The notes under the pieces are model-generated. The model was not told where the DNA came from. It saw only the letters and a list, made by a program, of their open reading frames with translations, and did not search any database. A stretch of 64,000 bases of DNA from a virus: positions 26,616 to 90,615 of IMG/VR virus record IMGVR_UViG_3300047408_000067. One strand, given 5' to 3'. Each line of letters begins with the position of its first letter. The stretch's first letter is position 1. Positions 35,768 through 46,307 of the stretch are shown here, piece after piece. The translations under genes and the position numbers were made by a program.

Positions 35768-36663
35768 GGGTTGGCCTCGGCAGTAATGCAGTTCCCGGCT
35801 GTGCCGTTATAGGTATACATATCCCCCGCTGCATTGGAGCTTATTTCCACACGAATTCCCCAAAGCGTTGCGGCAGCAGCGTTAGGTTGAGGTGTGTTGG
35901 CGACGTTCCATGTTCCGACCTTGGTCAGCGTCGGACTGACGGCTTTTGTGGCTTTGAAACCGTAGCTTACGTCGTGATACTGACCTGCGGCAGTCGCCCA
36001 AACACGCATCCAAAACTCGCCGCCGCCAGGAACACCAACAACTTCATAATATCGCTGACATCTAACAAGATCATCCGCCGGATGCAAGGGTATATAGTCG
36101 GCTGGCTGGGAGCCAATTACCAACATAGCATTGTCGAGATATACGGTAGCTGATGCAGTCCAATAAATGATTGGCACCACCATCGTCGCATCGTTAGGAA
36201 TGGTGCTTGTAGCCGTAAGTGTCTGGTAGACACCGCCCCCGCTATTGTTGGGGGATGTTCCAGACACACCACCAGTCCCATCAGAGTACAGATAGAGATG
36301 CACAGCGTTTGCTACACTGGACTTCACTCGTATCGAGTAACTCAGCGTCCTGCCACGAACCCAATAGATCTCAACACCCTCGATGAATTGTCGTATCTGT
36401 GTGGCACCAGCCCCGTTCCCAAGCGTAAACGCCACTGCGGCACATGCTTGACTGCCTGTGTCATTGTTACTGGTGTCCCGACTAACAGACATAGAGTCCG
36501 TTCCGGTGATGAACGTTTGCCACCGATCAGACGTCCAGATCTGCCCCGTGGTCCCAAACGGCCCATTGCCGCGCTGCCAGATCTCAAACCCGCCATTTGT
36601 GAGCAGGTTGGCGCGGGCAGTATCCGAGCCAAGTTGTCGGTTATCAAGCAGCGGCGTGGGCAC
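35764..36663 (-). CDS. receptor-binding/fibre protein paralogue 2
   Basis: NLLTNGGFEIWQRG..DRW; PLHPADDLVRCQRYYE; ends AEANP. Confidence 0.75.
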   Translation of the reverse strand: MPTPLLDNRQLGSDTARANLLTNGGFEIWQRGNGPFGTTGQIWTSDRWQTFITGTDSMSVSRDTSNNDTGSQACAAVAFTLGNGAGATQIRQFIEGVEIYWVRGRTLSYSIRVKSSVANAVHLYLYSDGTGGVSGTSPNNSGGGVYQTLTATSTIPNDATMVVPIIYWTASATVYLDNAMLVIGSQPADYIPLHPADDLVRCQRYYEVVGVPGGGEFWMRVWATAAGQYHDVSYGFKATKAVSPTLTKVGTWNVANTPQPNAAAATLWGIRVEISSNAAGDMYTYNGTAGNCITAEANP

Positions 36664-36667
36664 TAGA

Positions 36668-36952
36668 CTACCAGAGTCCTACCAAGCGATTGATGAACGT
36701 CATGTCCACAGCTTCGAGTGCTGTATGTAGCCCGTTGATGGCAGACTTGATCAGTGTCTCATCATCAGGCGACATATTGTATGGTTCGGCTTTGAGATCA
36801 ATACCCGCCAAACCATCGTAGTCATGGGTGATCATCTCCTTGATATCGATAAAACTACGCAGGTGAGTACCGATTGCGTAGTTGACATCATATGAACTAC
36901 CAGGAGCTAACCCTGGTGTCGTCTTGCCGTAGATTGGCGGAGGTATGGTCAT
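36668..36952 (-). CDS. hypothetical protein, paralogue of 46008..46304
   Basis: PYNMSPDDETLIKSA motif; AAGGAAG upstream. Confidence 0.65.
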   Translation of the reverse strand: MTIPPPIYGKTTPGLAPGSSYDVNYAIGTHLRSFIDIKEMITHDYDGLAGIDLKAEPYNMSPDDETLIKSAINGLHTALEAVDMTFINRLVGLW

Positions 36953-36961
36953 TGATCTTCC

Positions 36962-38311
36962 TTATCCTGGATATGTTGGTGTCGGAACAAAATAGGCAGT
37001 GATTGTGTACGAATCGTACTTGCCAGACGACGGGGCCGGAGTGATATAGAGCTGAGTTGTGGAATTGACACTTGGGCAGTTGACCATGCCCGCGAAAGTG
37101 TAGGTCATAGTCGGTGGAGGAGTACCACCCTGGATGTCAAAATTCGGGAAGACAACTCCTACACCACCACCATTGACGAGGATCTGCGCCTGCGGCCAGT
37201 TGTTACCACTAGGATGACTGAAGCTAGCGATGGTAAATTGGGCGATGACGATCCACTGTCCAACACGAGGCATAGCGACAGCAGTGAAAGCCTGATTACC
37301 ACCGTTGAACGCCACAGCACCGCTGCTAGCGGATACTGAGACTGGTGTAGCGCCGCTACCCGGAGGGCCTATAGAGGCAACGGGCCACCAGCGCATGTAC
37401 CAGTCGCCACTTGTACCTGCGACGTAAACTGGTTTTCCACCCTGGACGTCGGCGGTCATGTTGATGTACGAACCGAAGACGTATCCACCCGCAGCCATAG
37501 TCAAATGGCCGTTATGGGTCATCGAGTTCAGCGTACCACCTGAGATAGTCTTGTTAGCACACACCTGAGCGGTACTGGTATCGAGCAAGTTGAAACCCGT
37601 AGCGTAGTTCGTCGGTCCACCCGCTGGTAAGCCGATGCCTTGCCCCGAGATATTGTTATAGATGCCGTAGCCAGTAGTGCCAACTCGGAACCAGTCGACA
37701 TTAGTGATCGCATTAGTGGCGATGCTGCCGTTAGCAGTCAGAAGGCCAGTAACTGTGACCGCTCCGTTGGCAGAGAGTAGACCGCCGACAGTAAGTGGTC
37801 CAGGTACCGAAATCAAACCAGCAAGAGAAACCGACAAGCGCGATGTCACCGTAGCAGGGTTGGCACTCGCAGGGGCCGAATACAGATCGACGCCAGCTCC
37901 ATGTGCTACGATCAATCCGCTACCAACACTCGTGTCGTAGTGCATCCAGTTGGTGCCGTCCCAGTAGAGGTTGCCGCCCATATGCGTTCCGCTCTTGGAC
38001 ATCAACATCAGGTACTGTGTCGGAGACTCTACTGCTAGACTAGCATTGGTAGCACCACGCGGGATAATCTGCCCCGCACTACCAACAGCACCAATCAAGA
38101 GGCTGTTATTGACCGTCAGCGCACCAAGGGTAAGTGGATCAGGTACACTGCTACTGCCGCCACCACCCAATGCCGTCTCGACGCCTGCTGAAGTTAGCTT
38201 GTAGAAGTTGCCGTCCGCCTTGGGGTACAGCTTTAGCGAACCAGACGGGGGAGCGGCTGGCGTACTCGCCACAATCTGTTGGATTGGAGCGTTGACCTGT
38301 TGGCGGCTCAT
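36962..38311 (-). CDS. tail fibre protein with C1q/BclA-like C-terminus
   Basis: G/T/V-rich beta repeats; N-terminal motif shared with 39578..42187; ends YFVPT like 29849..30907. Confidence 0.7.
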   Translation of the reverse strand: MSRQQVNAPIQQIVASTPAAPPSGSLKLYPKADGNFYKLTSAGVETALGGGGSSSVPDPLTLGALTVNNSLLIGAVGSAGQIIPRGATNASLAVESPTQYLMLMSKSGTHMGGNLYWDGTNWMHYDTSVGSGLIVAHGAGVDLYSAPASANPATVTSRLSVSLAGLISVPGPLTVGGLLSANGAVTVTGLLTANGSIATNAITNVDWFRVGTTGYGIYNNISGQGIGLPAGGPTNYATGFNLLDTSTAQVCANKTISGGTLNSMTHNGHLTMAAGGYVFGSYINMTADVQGGKPVYVAGTSGDWYMRWWPVASIGPPGSGATPVSVSASSGAVAFNGGNQAFTAVAMPRVGQWIVIAQFTIASFSHPSGNNWPQAQILVNGGGVGVVFPNFDIQGGTPPPTMTYTFAGMVNCPSVNSTTQLYITPAPSSGKYDSYTITAYFVPTPTYPG

Positions 38312-38712
38312 TTCGTATCTCCTGGCGAAAGTGCTTGTATAGCAGCATCATCTAGCACCCAACGTTCCTCACCATCAGTTGCCGCCACACGCGCTTTGAC
38401 CTGAGCAGTAGCTTCTTCCAGACTTACCGCTGAACGAGCTCGACCTAGAGGACGCATCGCTAGTTGTACGTGCAACATCTGGCCGTACAACGCATCAGCT
38501 CCTCCACCTGGGGGCCACGTTGAGACAGAGCCACAGCCCTCAAAGGGGCATGGTACGATAACTGCATCCTGATTTGGTGAGCCATCAATGTTGGTACCAT
38601 AGGTCACGGTTGCAGGGTCGAGTATCCCACCGTGTGGCTCCGGACGTGCATCGTCATGGATGTATGTCCACATACCATCAGGGTTGTCGAAGCTCGTCGG
38701 TCGGACGCTCAT
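38308..38712 (-). CDS. hypothetical protein in fibre cluster
   Basis: ATGA overlaps both sides; CPFEGC motif. Confidence 0.65.
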   Translation of the reverse strand: MSVRPTSFDNPDGMWTYIHDDARPEPHGGILDPATVTYGTNIDGSPNQDAVIVPCPFEGCGSVSTWPPGGGADALYGQMLHVQLAMRPLGRARSAVSLEEATAQVKARVAATDGEERWVLDDAAIQALSPGDTK

Positions 38713-39581
38713 GGGTTTGCCTCCACGGAAAATCCTATGGGTTGTGGATTGATATAATACGGACCAGCCGCAGTTGCTGTAAGTGCCCATCGAGACATGG
38801 TAGGAGTAGTTGCGTCGTTGACTATGGTTGTCACGTTGCTAGCAACTCCAGTCCACTGTCCAAGTTGCGTGATAGTTGGGGATATTGGCTTGACGACCTT
38901 GTACGGCATCGAATAGTAGAAGACTTGGCTAGCAGCACCCGAATAGCCTGAGAAGATGAGCGCCGTACCGCCACCGATAATTTCATAATATCTAAGACAA
39001 CGCGCCAGTTCTTCTGCCGGATGCAGTGGCACATAGTCGGCGGCAACCGCGCCGATCACCAACGTAGCTTGCCCTATCAGTGCATTACACGATGCCGTCA
39101 TGTACATCTCAAACCAAACTGTCGTGGCGTCAGTAGGGACAGCAATCGTGACCGTTAGTTTGGTCCACACGCCTATCGGGCAGAAAGCTCCAATGTTTTG
39201 AGCATTCGTCCCGTCCGACGCTAGATTGAGCCGCATCGCGTTCGCCTGATAACAATACATCCAGGCACTCGCCGTAATAGTCCGGCCTCGCAGGTCGCAA
39301 TCTGTCATCTTCAGGATTTGAAAAATCGACCCTGCGGCATTCCCGTAGGTGAACACGTCCTGCAAAATATTGCTCACCGCCCCGCCGAGTGTACTGCTCT
39401 GTTGCGAAACGCTGTGTGTACCTCCAGTTCCTCCCCCACCTACGCCCCATCGGTCCGCACTATAGCCTGTAGTGAATGGTCCGACACCTCGTTGCCAGAT
39501 CCTAAAACCGCCATTGGTGAGCAAATTGCTCCGAGCCGTATCTTGCCCAAGCTCGAGATTGGTTGCTTGCTGACGGCTCAT
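38709..39581 (-). CDS. receptor-binding/fibre protein paralogue 1
   Basis: ATGA start MSRQQATN; NLLTNGGFRIWQRG; PLHPAEELARCLRYYE; ends VEANP. Confidence 0.75.
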   Translation of the reverse strand: MSRQQATNLELGQDTARSNLLTNGGFRIWQRGVGPFTTGYSADRWGVGGGGTGGTHSVSQQSSTLGGAVSNILQDVFTYGNAAGSIFQILKMTDCDLRGRTITASAWMYCYQANAMRLNLASDGTNAQNIGAFCPIGVWTKLTVTIAVPTDATTVWFEMYMTASCNALIGQATLVIGAVAADYVPLHPAEELARCLRYYEIIGGGTALIFSGYSGAASQVFYYSMPYKVVKPISPTITQLGQWTGVASNVTTIVNDATTPTMSRWALTATAAGPYYINPQPIGFSVEANP

Positions 39582-42187
39582 CGGCGGAGCTCCTGCACGT
39601 ACAGCCACTGATAGTAACCCGTCTGAGAGTTTAGTGTACCTGAGTTCGTGCTCCAGTAAAGCTGGATTACCGGACTACCAGCCGCCAAGGTCACTGTAGC
39701 CAGAATTGGAACTAGGAAGTTGCCACCAGCAATCGGAGACGAACAGGCACCAAAACGAAGATTCTGGTCGACCCCACCAATATAGATGTGAACCGTGGAC
39801 AACACACCGACCACGCTATGATAAAGTTGGATCATACCCTGAATAAGCAATGGGCCACCAGTGTAACCCGTCAGTGTGAGACCAGTTCCAAATCCAGAAG
39901 GCATCGGCACAGCCGTAGTCGAGGTCGTATTTCCCAATGGCGCTAACTGAAGAACCCAAATACCGTGGATAGCACTCGCAGCAAGCTTAGCAGTGGTAAT
40001 CTGAGCATCAGCAATATCTGCCGCTAAGATCGTACCATCGATGATATTTGCGTTCGACACCGAGTTTGCGGCAAGCTTAGCATTTGTCACTGCTCCATCG
40101 GCAAGATCCGCCGTGGCAATGCTTAGATCTACTATATCGGTCCCACGCCAGGGATAACCTGCCAGCTTGCTCGTAGCTATACTACCGTCTGTAATCCCTG
40201 CACCGTTGTAAGATGTAGGTGGAACTACCGTCTGTACGGCATACTCGACGACGACTCGCTCTGTACCACTGAAAGTATCAGTAAACGTCAATACCGTTCC
40301 AGCAAAGGAATAGTTGCCGCTGGATGCAGACTGCACTACACCGTTTCGTGCGACCATCAGGATAGACTGCGGTACCTGGCTCAGTGTTAGTGTGCTTGCG
40401 GCAGCGGCAGGCATAAACTCCTCGTGGAGTGATGCAGATGGCCCCATTGCGCCAACGGCACCTACAGCCCCTACGACGTAAGTGATCAGGACGCGCTCAC
40501 TGCCGTTGAATGCATCTGTAAACGTTACTACTGAGCCAGCGAAACTGTAGTGCCCATCTGTTCGAGATTGCACTGCTCCGTCGCGTGTGACCATGATAAC
40601 GTCTGCTGGAGTCTTGCTAAGGGTAACTGTTGTCGCTGCCGCCGCAGGCTTGAACTCCTCGGTAACCGCAGCCTGTGGAGTAGCACTACCACCAGCAACG
40701 TAATCTACCGAGATTCGTCCATCTTCGGAAGCTTGGATCGCTGCGCTTAGTGTGAGGATCACTCCAGATATCGAGTAATGGCCTGCACTTTGATACTGCA
40801 CCACACCACTACGAGTCACCAGCGGTATGCCCGTCACGATTGTCGGCAACGTGATGGTTGATTGCCCAACACTCAGGGTAGTTTCAAAGTGTGCTGAGTA
40901 AGCCTGATAGTTGAACGGAGAAACCATGTACTCTACATGCACGTCATCTGCCGTCAAAGCTGTGGTAAACGTGATGACACTGCTTGAGACAGTATAATCC
41001 CGCGTTGCCATCAAAGACTGACCGTTTACAGACACGTCCAAAATGGAAGCTGGAACTACAGGGAGTGTAACCGTACTGGCCGTCACTCCCTGTGCCTCAT
41101 ACACAGCAACCGAGTTGGAACCACCACCGCCGCCAGTCCCTGCTGCTGTCCAACCGACGTCATAGTTGGTGGCGGTGTTCTTGGCTAAGACTTGTCCAGT
41201 AGTCCCTCCAGTGGGTATTGCCCCTGGACCTACAAAACTGGTACCAGCGTAAATCGTACGGGGGCGCTGGTTACTCAAGCCAAAGTCTATTGTGTTGTCA
41301 GCAATCGGGAATAAGATACCACTGCCGACCACGACCCACTGCTGAGTTCCCCCTGCACCAAGATACAGCGCACCTGCCCCAATTAGTTGAAGATTCCGCG
41401 CAACACCAGTTCCCATTTGGGCAGTTCGGATATAAAGATTATTAGCTGTCCAGTCCAGGGACAAGCGCTCCCAATTCGAAGCATCAGTGTACGTGTTGTA
41501 GATACTCAGCGTCTGAGGATTGGTCCCGTTGCGCTGCTCAATAGTGTGGGAAGGGGACTGAAGTATTGATGTCGTGAGTGCCTTAGTGTATACTTGTCGG
41601 AGATACCACCCACCAGCAAGTCCCAGGTCGTATACGCCGTCCCCTATTGGAGACAGGTACGTGTTGGTCATAGCCCATCTGTTGCCACCAGCCGTCCAGA
41701 ACTGGATGTTAGTACCGCCCGCTAGGTTTAGTGACGGAGCCGCAGAACGAATCCAGTCCGTGTACAGATTACCTGCGGTATAGATATCCCGCGGCCTACT
41801 GGCTCCGCTCGCGCCAATGTCATAGGTGTTGTCTGGCGAGAACGTAAGGTTCTGCGTCAGCGGCATGGTGATACCACTACTAGCGCCGATTGGCTGATAC
41901 AGTGTGTCAGCCTGCGCCTTGGTCAGATAGCGTGCGTCAGCCTGGGCCAGCGTAAGACCACCCATGATGGTCTCAGTGCCCGCGGAATCCAGCTTGTAGT
42001 ATTGCCCATCCGACTTGGGATAGAACCGCATCGAACCAGCAGGCGGGTTAGCAGGCTTGACAATCTGGGCTTGCTCAACGTAAGACGGCGCTAACAGTGC
42101 TCCAGGCAGCGTCAATGGAGCAGCCAGCTCTGTATTATCCCAAGGGATATCCTTGAGCATGATGTTAGCAACACGTTGTCTTGTCAT
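39578..42187 (-). CDS. long tail fibre protein with four tandem ~75-aa beta modules
   Basis: P..DNTYD.G repeats, four TL...P....V..G..Q....Y....TF modules, DG.VT.AKLA repeats. Confidence 0.75.
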   Translation of the reverse strand: MTRQRVANIMLKDIPWDNTELAAPLTLPGALLAPSYVEQAQIVKPANPPAGSMRFYPKSDGQYYKLDSAGTETIMGGLTLAQADARYLTKAQADTLYQPIGASSGITMPLTQNLTFSPDNTYDIGASGASRPRDIYTAGNLYTDWIRSAAPSLNLAGGTNIQFWTAGGNRWAMTNTYLSPIGDGVYDLGLAGGWYLRQVYTKALTTSILQSPSHTIEQRNGTNPQTLSIYNTYTDASNWERLSLDWTANNLYIRTAQMGTGVARNLQLIGAGALYLGAGGTQQWVVVGSGILFPIADNTIDFGLSNQRPRTIYAGTSFVGPGAIPTGGTTGQVLAKNTATNYDVGWTAAGTGGGGGSNSVAVYEAQGVTASTVTLPVVPASILDVSVNGQSLMATRDYTVSSSVITFTTALTADDVHVEYMVSPFNYQAYSAHFETTLSVGQSTITLPTIVTGIPLVTRSGVVQYQSAGHYSISGVILTLSAAIQASEDGRISVDYVAGGSATPQAAVTEEFKPAAAATTVTLSKTPADVIMVTRDGAVQSRTDGHYSFAGSVVTFTDAFNGSERVLITYVVGAVGAVGAMGPSASLHEEFMPAAAASTLTLSQVPQSILMVARNGVVQSASSGNYSFAGTVLTFTDTFSGTERVVVEYAVQTVVPPTSYNGAGITDGSIATSKLAGYPWRGTDIVDLSIATADLADGAVTNAKLAANSVSNANIIDGTILAADIADAQITTAKLAASAIHGIWVLQLAPLGNTTSTTAVPMPSGFGTGLTLTGYTGGPLLIQGMIQLYHSVVGVLSTVHIYIGGVDQNLRFGACSSPIAGGNFLVPILATVTLAAGSPVIQLYWSTNSGTLNSQTGYYQWLYVQELRR

Positions 42188-45100
42188 GTTGTCTGCACCG
42201 GATTGAATTGATCTGTTGAATCTTTGTATGCCACTGCGTCTAGCCCACTACCGTAAGTTTGAAATTCCGTATTGTCCCATAATAACACAGGGAAACCAAC
42301 AGCGTAAGTAAAAGTAGATCCGTTCCAGAGTACCAATGCTACGTTGATCACTCTACCGTGTGTAGTCGATCCTCCATTAGCCCTGGCGGTAAGACTATGC
42401 TTGGTGTTTATCTTAGTCGCTACCGTAAAGGATGCACCGTGGGTTATACCTACTATCAGTCGCTTACCACTGACGAAAGCAGTTGTAATCGTACGACCTG
42501 AAGATAATACAACGATGGGCTTCGCCCGCTGTATATTGCCCGCAACGCTAGCTGTACCCGTAATAGAGACACTCAGGGGGCGTCTACGGGTTATCTGCCC
42601 TGCCGTTACTGCCTTACCCGCACTTATATCGGCGAGATAAGGTACGCGACTCGGGAAACCTACTGCGATGGCTCTACCAGAAGAAACTACTACAAAGCTA
42701 CGGGTTACGTTGATGAAAGCTGTAGTAGTCGCAATACCTATAGATGGTCCAGCCTGTATGGTAGCTTGAATGAAATCAATCAGGCCAGTTGCGGTCGAAG
42801 AACCAACCGAAGTTACAACTAGTGATTTCTTCCTGGTAAGGGTAGCCGATGCAGTAGATATGCCAACAGACGCAGCTACCAGAGATCGTCTTGCAGTAAG
42901 TTGCCCAGATGCACTAGCTACACCATCAGATTCAACGGTTAGGTTGCGTAGTCTGGTTATCGTAGCTATAGTAGTTGCGACGCCAGATATAGAACCTGTG
43001 AAGTTGACGTTCTTCCTGGTGAGTGTAGCTGTCGCAGTAGCCGTACCTGCGACGGTTGCCACCAGAGATCTTCTACGTGTTGGTGCGCCTGCGACTGTAG
43101 CTACACCTGAAACCGTGGCGGTTAGACGTCGCTTGGCAGAAGGCTGTGCGGCATCTATTGCCACACCTACCGATGCTGCTATCAGTGAACGCCGTCTAGT
43201 CGGTGCGAGAGCAACAGTAGTACCTTTTCCAGCCGCACTACCAATAAGATCAATCTTCCAGGGATTGCCTATACCCTTGGCATAATGTTCATTGAGTTCA
43301 ATAAGTGCAAGTGGTCTGTTGTAGATCGCAATCTCATCAACGATACCATTGATAAAATCAGCATTGTCCCAACGCCGACCAAAGCGTAACCCTAGTCCAG
43401 GAGACAAGTATGTTCCTGGCTTGGTTGAGTCACTACCAGTCAAAACACCATTGACGTACAGACGCCCTGTAGTACCATCATACGTAAAGACGATATGCGA
43501 CCAAGTATTATCAACAAGAGTAGTAACGGGCGTTATAATCGCCCAACCTACACCACCTTCGTGGATAGCCCCCTTGATATTGCGCGTACCGCCGTCGAAC
43601 CACAATGTGTAATTGATATTCGAAGCATTATATTGGTCAGCAATCAAGCACGGCAACAAAGCCGATGTACCTTGAACCCCCAGACAATAGAACCATACCT
43701 CAACACTAAAGATAGCAAGAGGTAATGCTTTGACATCAACCTCTGCGGTGGTTGTTCCAGCCCCACCCTGGAAATAACGCATGTCTCCAGGTAAATTGAC
43801 GTCAGCGTAGTTATTTCCGATGCCAGCACCATACGCTGTAACGGTTCCAACTACCGTACCTGTACGACCATTACCAGTGTGATCAAAGATGTTTGGCCCA
43901 GGTTCATCAAACGTCCAACGGCCAACCAATCCCGACATGCGTTCGACCGACACACCATAAGGATTGCGCGCTTTGACCCCCAACGCATAGTGGTTCTGGA
44001 TAGTCGCATCTGGCAAAGTAGTGCTATAGACCGCAACTTCGTCTACTTGACCATCATTAGTTGTGGTGCCAGCAGGATCGGTACCAATACGAAACTTTGC
44101 TCCCGCTGGAGTATTCAAAGTACCAATACCAGCTAAACGACCGCAATCTTCCCCATTTATCATCAACAGCGTTTGACCGTTGACGTAAGCACCTACAAGA
44201 TGATGCCAAGCACCGACTGCCAACACACGAGTTGAGATCGTAGCGTGCCAGGTATCGGTATATACATACCAATAAACCTTGCCATCACTGCCAACATACA
44301 TGATGTGTCCGCCAGTATTGGCAGTGTTGCGTCGATCACATACGCTGAAGGCATTGGTCCACGAATCTGCCTTGACCCATCCCTCAACTGTGAGTGCGCC
44401 ATTAGCACTTCTGGCTGCATAATGGGCAGCAATCTGTGTAGGAGTAAGAGCATAGTTATAGACTGCTGCGTCGTCAATGGTTATGTCAGTTACTGTAGCG
44501 CCATCTACGCGCCCAAGCTGACAACCACTACCAGATAGGGCACCTGTAGTAATGGCTGGAACAGCCGTAGCTGTCCGCCCCGAACCCTGTTGGATACCAT
44601 TGATATAGATACGTTGGATACGTGTGCTCGGCCCCTCAAACACCCATACCATGTGATACCAAGTGTCCGTCAGAAGCCCAAACCCATTCGAGTAGTCGTC
44701 AAACCAGAAACCCAACTTGGCAATCTGGTTACCGTCGATCACACAATGGACAAGTTGGTCAGGATTATGTCCATCACCACAACTGAACAGTTGTTTGTCG
44801 CCGCCAGTCCACGCCCCATTGGACTTGATCCACATCTCAACGGTAAAGCCAGTCGTACCATTGAACGCAGTTAGTAATGGAGCTTGGACATATGTCGCTT
44901 GGAAGCGCGTGGCGGTATCACTATCAGCCAATGCGCTGGTCTGACCACGAATGACAGTACCACCAGTGAATGTGCCTGTCTTGGTATTACCACTGGAGTC
45001 ATTGGCAGCAGTACCAGATGGTTCGTCTAGTCGCCAATAAACTTGCGGTGCATCTCTTCTTACAATACCATAATATGTATCAGGAGTAGGTGAGAAATCT

Positions 45101-46002
45101 GGGATATCAACATAATCATCAACACCATCAAGATTTACCGACGTACCAGCGGCAGGATCAGTTATTGCTCCAATAGCTCCCAACGTAGGGTTGCCGACAT
45201 ACGTACCATTATGTCTTCCTAGTTTACTAGAATCAAAGGCAATGGTGCTACCTGGACGCTCTCCAAGTCGCCAATAACCAGTCAAGTTAGCATTACCAAC
45301 GACAGCAGCACCATACGCGTCGGAGGGTGTGCCACCAAGGATGATCCCATTGCACAGTGCTTGACCAGTGCTAACGCCAATCAGTGTCGGATCAAGCAAA
45401 AGAAACGCAATGCCTGTCTTGAAAGCATTGGCAGGGCTGAGTGTAGGATTGAAAGCAGGGGCCTGTGTATTTTGTGCGACCGTGCTATTATTGTGGTAGA
45501 GAGCCAACCACATAGCCGACCCCTGGTTCACCTGGCTGTCTAAAGTCAGACCTGTGGTGTTTCCCAGAGATGATAGTGACAACCATATATAGGCGAACTG
45601 CTCGTACCGTCCACCTCCAAGTGCGCCAGTCGCAGTCGGCCGCGGCACAGGCATGACTGTATCATTGTTGGTATTGCTGGCAGACTGACTAGCATCTACT
45701 GTCACCCGCCCAAATTTCGCGTAGTATGCCTGCCCTAGATAAGCACTCGCCGCACTTGTGATAAAGTCCTTGGTCAGTCCTGCCGCCTGGATTGCCGAGA
45801 AAATACTGAGATTGCTGGTGCCAGTTGTCTGACTACTTACCAGTGTCCACCCGGTCGGCGCAGAGGGACCAGTCGCACCCAACGAAGCTATGTATGCTAG
45901 TAGTAAATCACCGTTCTGTATTGAAGTCGAAAAGCTAACGGTGATAGTTCCACTAGCAGAGAACGAGCCACTGGAACCCCCTGGCGTGCGAAGCGTTGGC
46001 AT
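42184..46002 (-). CDS. LamG/concanavalin-A-like lectin-domain virion protein with C-terminal 20-aa repeats
   Basis: Three YWRL.E/TVE.W/WHH.V/DE.A.Y..AL sets; about 15 basic beta repeats. Confidence 0.8.
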   Translation of the reverse strand: MPTLRTPGGSSGSFSASGTITVSFSTSIQNGDLLLAYIASLGATGPSAPTGWTLVSSQTTGTSNLSIFSAIQAAGLTKDFITSAASAYLGQAYYAKFGRVTVDASQSASNTNNDTVMPVPRPTATGALGGGRYEQFAYIWLSLSSLGNTTGLTLDSQVNQGSAMWLALYHNNSTVAQNTQAPAFNPTLSPANAFKTGIAFLLLDPTLIGVSTGQALCNGIILGGTPSDAYGAAVVGNANLTGYWRLGERPGSTIAFDSSKLGRHNGTYVGNPTLGAIGAITDPAAGTSVNLDGVDDYVDIPDFSPTPDTYYGIVRRDAPQVYWRLDEPSGTAANDSSGNTKTGTFTGGTVIRGQTSALADSDTATRFQATYVQAPLLTAFNGTTGFTVEMWIKSNGAWTGGDKQLFSCGDGHNPDQLVHCVIDGNQIAKLGFWFDDYSNGFGLLTDTWYHMVWVFEGPSTRIQRIYINGIQQGSGRTATAVPAITTGALSGSGCQLGRVDGATVTDITIDDAAVYNYALTPTQIAAHYAARSANGALTVEGWVKADSWTNAFSVCDRRNTANTGGHIMYVGSDGKVYWYVYTDTWHATISTRVLAVGAWHHLVGAYVNGQTLLMINGEDCGRLAGIGTLNTPAGAKFRIGTDPAGTTTNDGQVDEVAVYSTTLPDATIQNHYALGVKARNPYGVSVERMSGLVGRWTFDEPGPNIFDHTGNGRTGTVVGTVTAYGAGIGNNYADVNLPGDMRYFQGGAGTTTAEVDVKALPLAIFSVEVWFYCLGVQGTSALLPCLIADQYNASNINYTLWFDGGTRNIKGAIHEGGVGWAIITPVTTLVDNTWSHIVFTYDGTTGRLYVNGVLTGSDSTKPGTYLSPGLGLRFGRRWDNADFINGIVDEIAIYNRPLALIELNEHYAKGIGNPWKIDLIGSAAGKGTTVALAPTRRRSLIAASVGVAIDAAQPSAKRRLTATVSGVATVAGAPTRRRSLVATVAGTATATATLTRKNVNFTGSISGVATTIATITRLRNLTVESDGVASASGQLTARRSLVAASVGISTASATLTRKKSLVVTSVGSSTATGLIDFIQATIQAGPSIGIATTTAFINVTRSFVVVSSGRAIAVGFPSRVPYLADISAGKAVTAGQITRRRPLSVSITGTASVAGNIQRAKPIVVLSSGRTITTAFVSGKRLIVGITHGASFTVATKINTKHSLTARANGGSTTHGRVINVALVLWNGSTFTYAVGFPVLLWDNTEFQTYGSGLDAVAYKDSTDQFNPVQTT

Positions 46003-46007
46003 GAGAC

Positions 46008-46304
46008 CTAGACGAAGATACCTGCCATGCGTCGCGAGAACGCACCAAGGTCACGCGCTGTATCCAACACATCATCGCCCTGGTAGATACGCGCCAACAG
46101 AGCTAGGTCAGACATACCACTTTTGAGGATCGCCACATCTTCAGGAGTGTAGTTGAAAGGTGGGTCCAACAACGTCTGGTCTGGCGTCTCGTCCAAATAC
46201 TGTTTTAGCTTGAGCACCATTGGTGCCCACTGCTCGATCATACGGCACACCTGACCAGCAGTGGCATCCATCTGGTTCTTGTCTACGGGGTACCCGACAG
46301 CCAT
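46008..46304 (-). CDS. hypothetical protein, paralogue of 36668..36952
   Basis: PFNYTPEDVAILKSG motif. Confidence 0.65.
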   Translation of the reverse strand: MAVGYPVDKNQMDATAGQVCRMIEQWAPMVLKLKQYLDETPDQTLLDPPFNYTPEDVAILKSGMSDLALLARIYQGDDVLDTARDLGAFSRRMAGIFV

Positions 46305-46307
46305 GCC

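Noticed and set aside
34883-39581. Diversity-generating retroelement or invertible fibre cassette
   Set aside because: Paralogues differ at all base types and are co-oriented; no reverse transcriptase, invertase or near-identical TR/VR pair seen in this window
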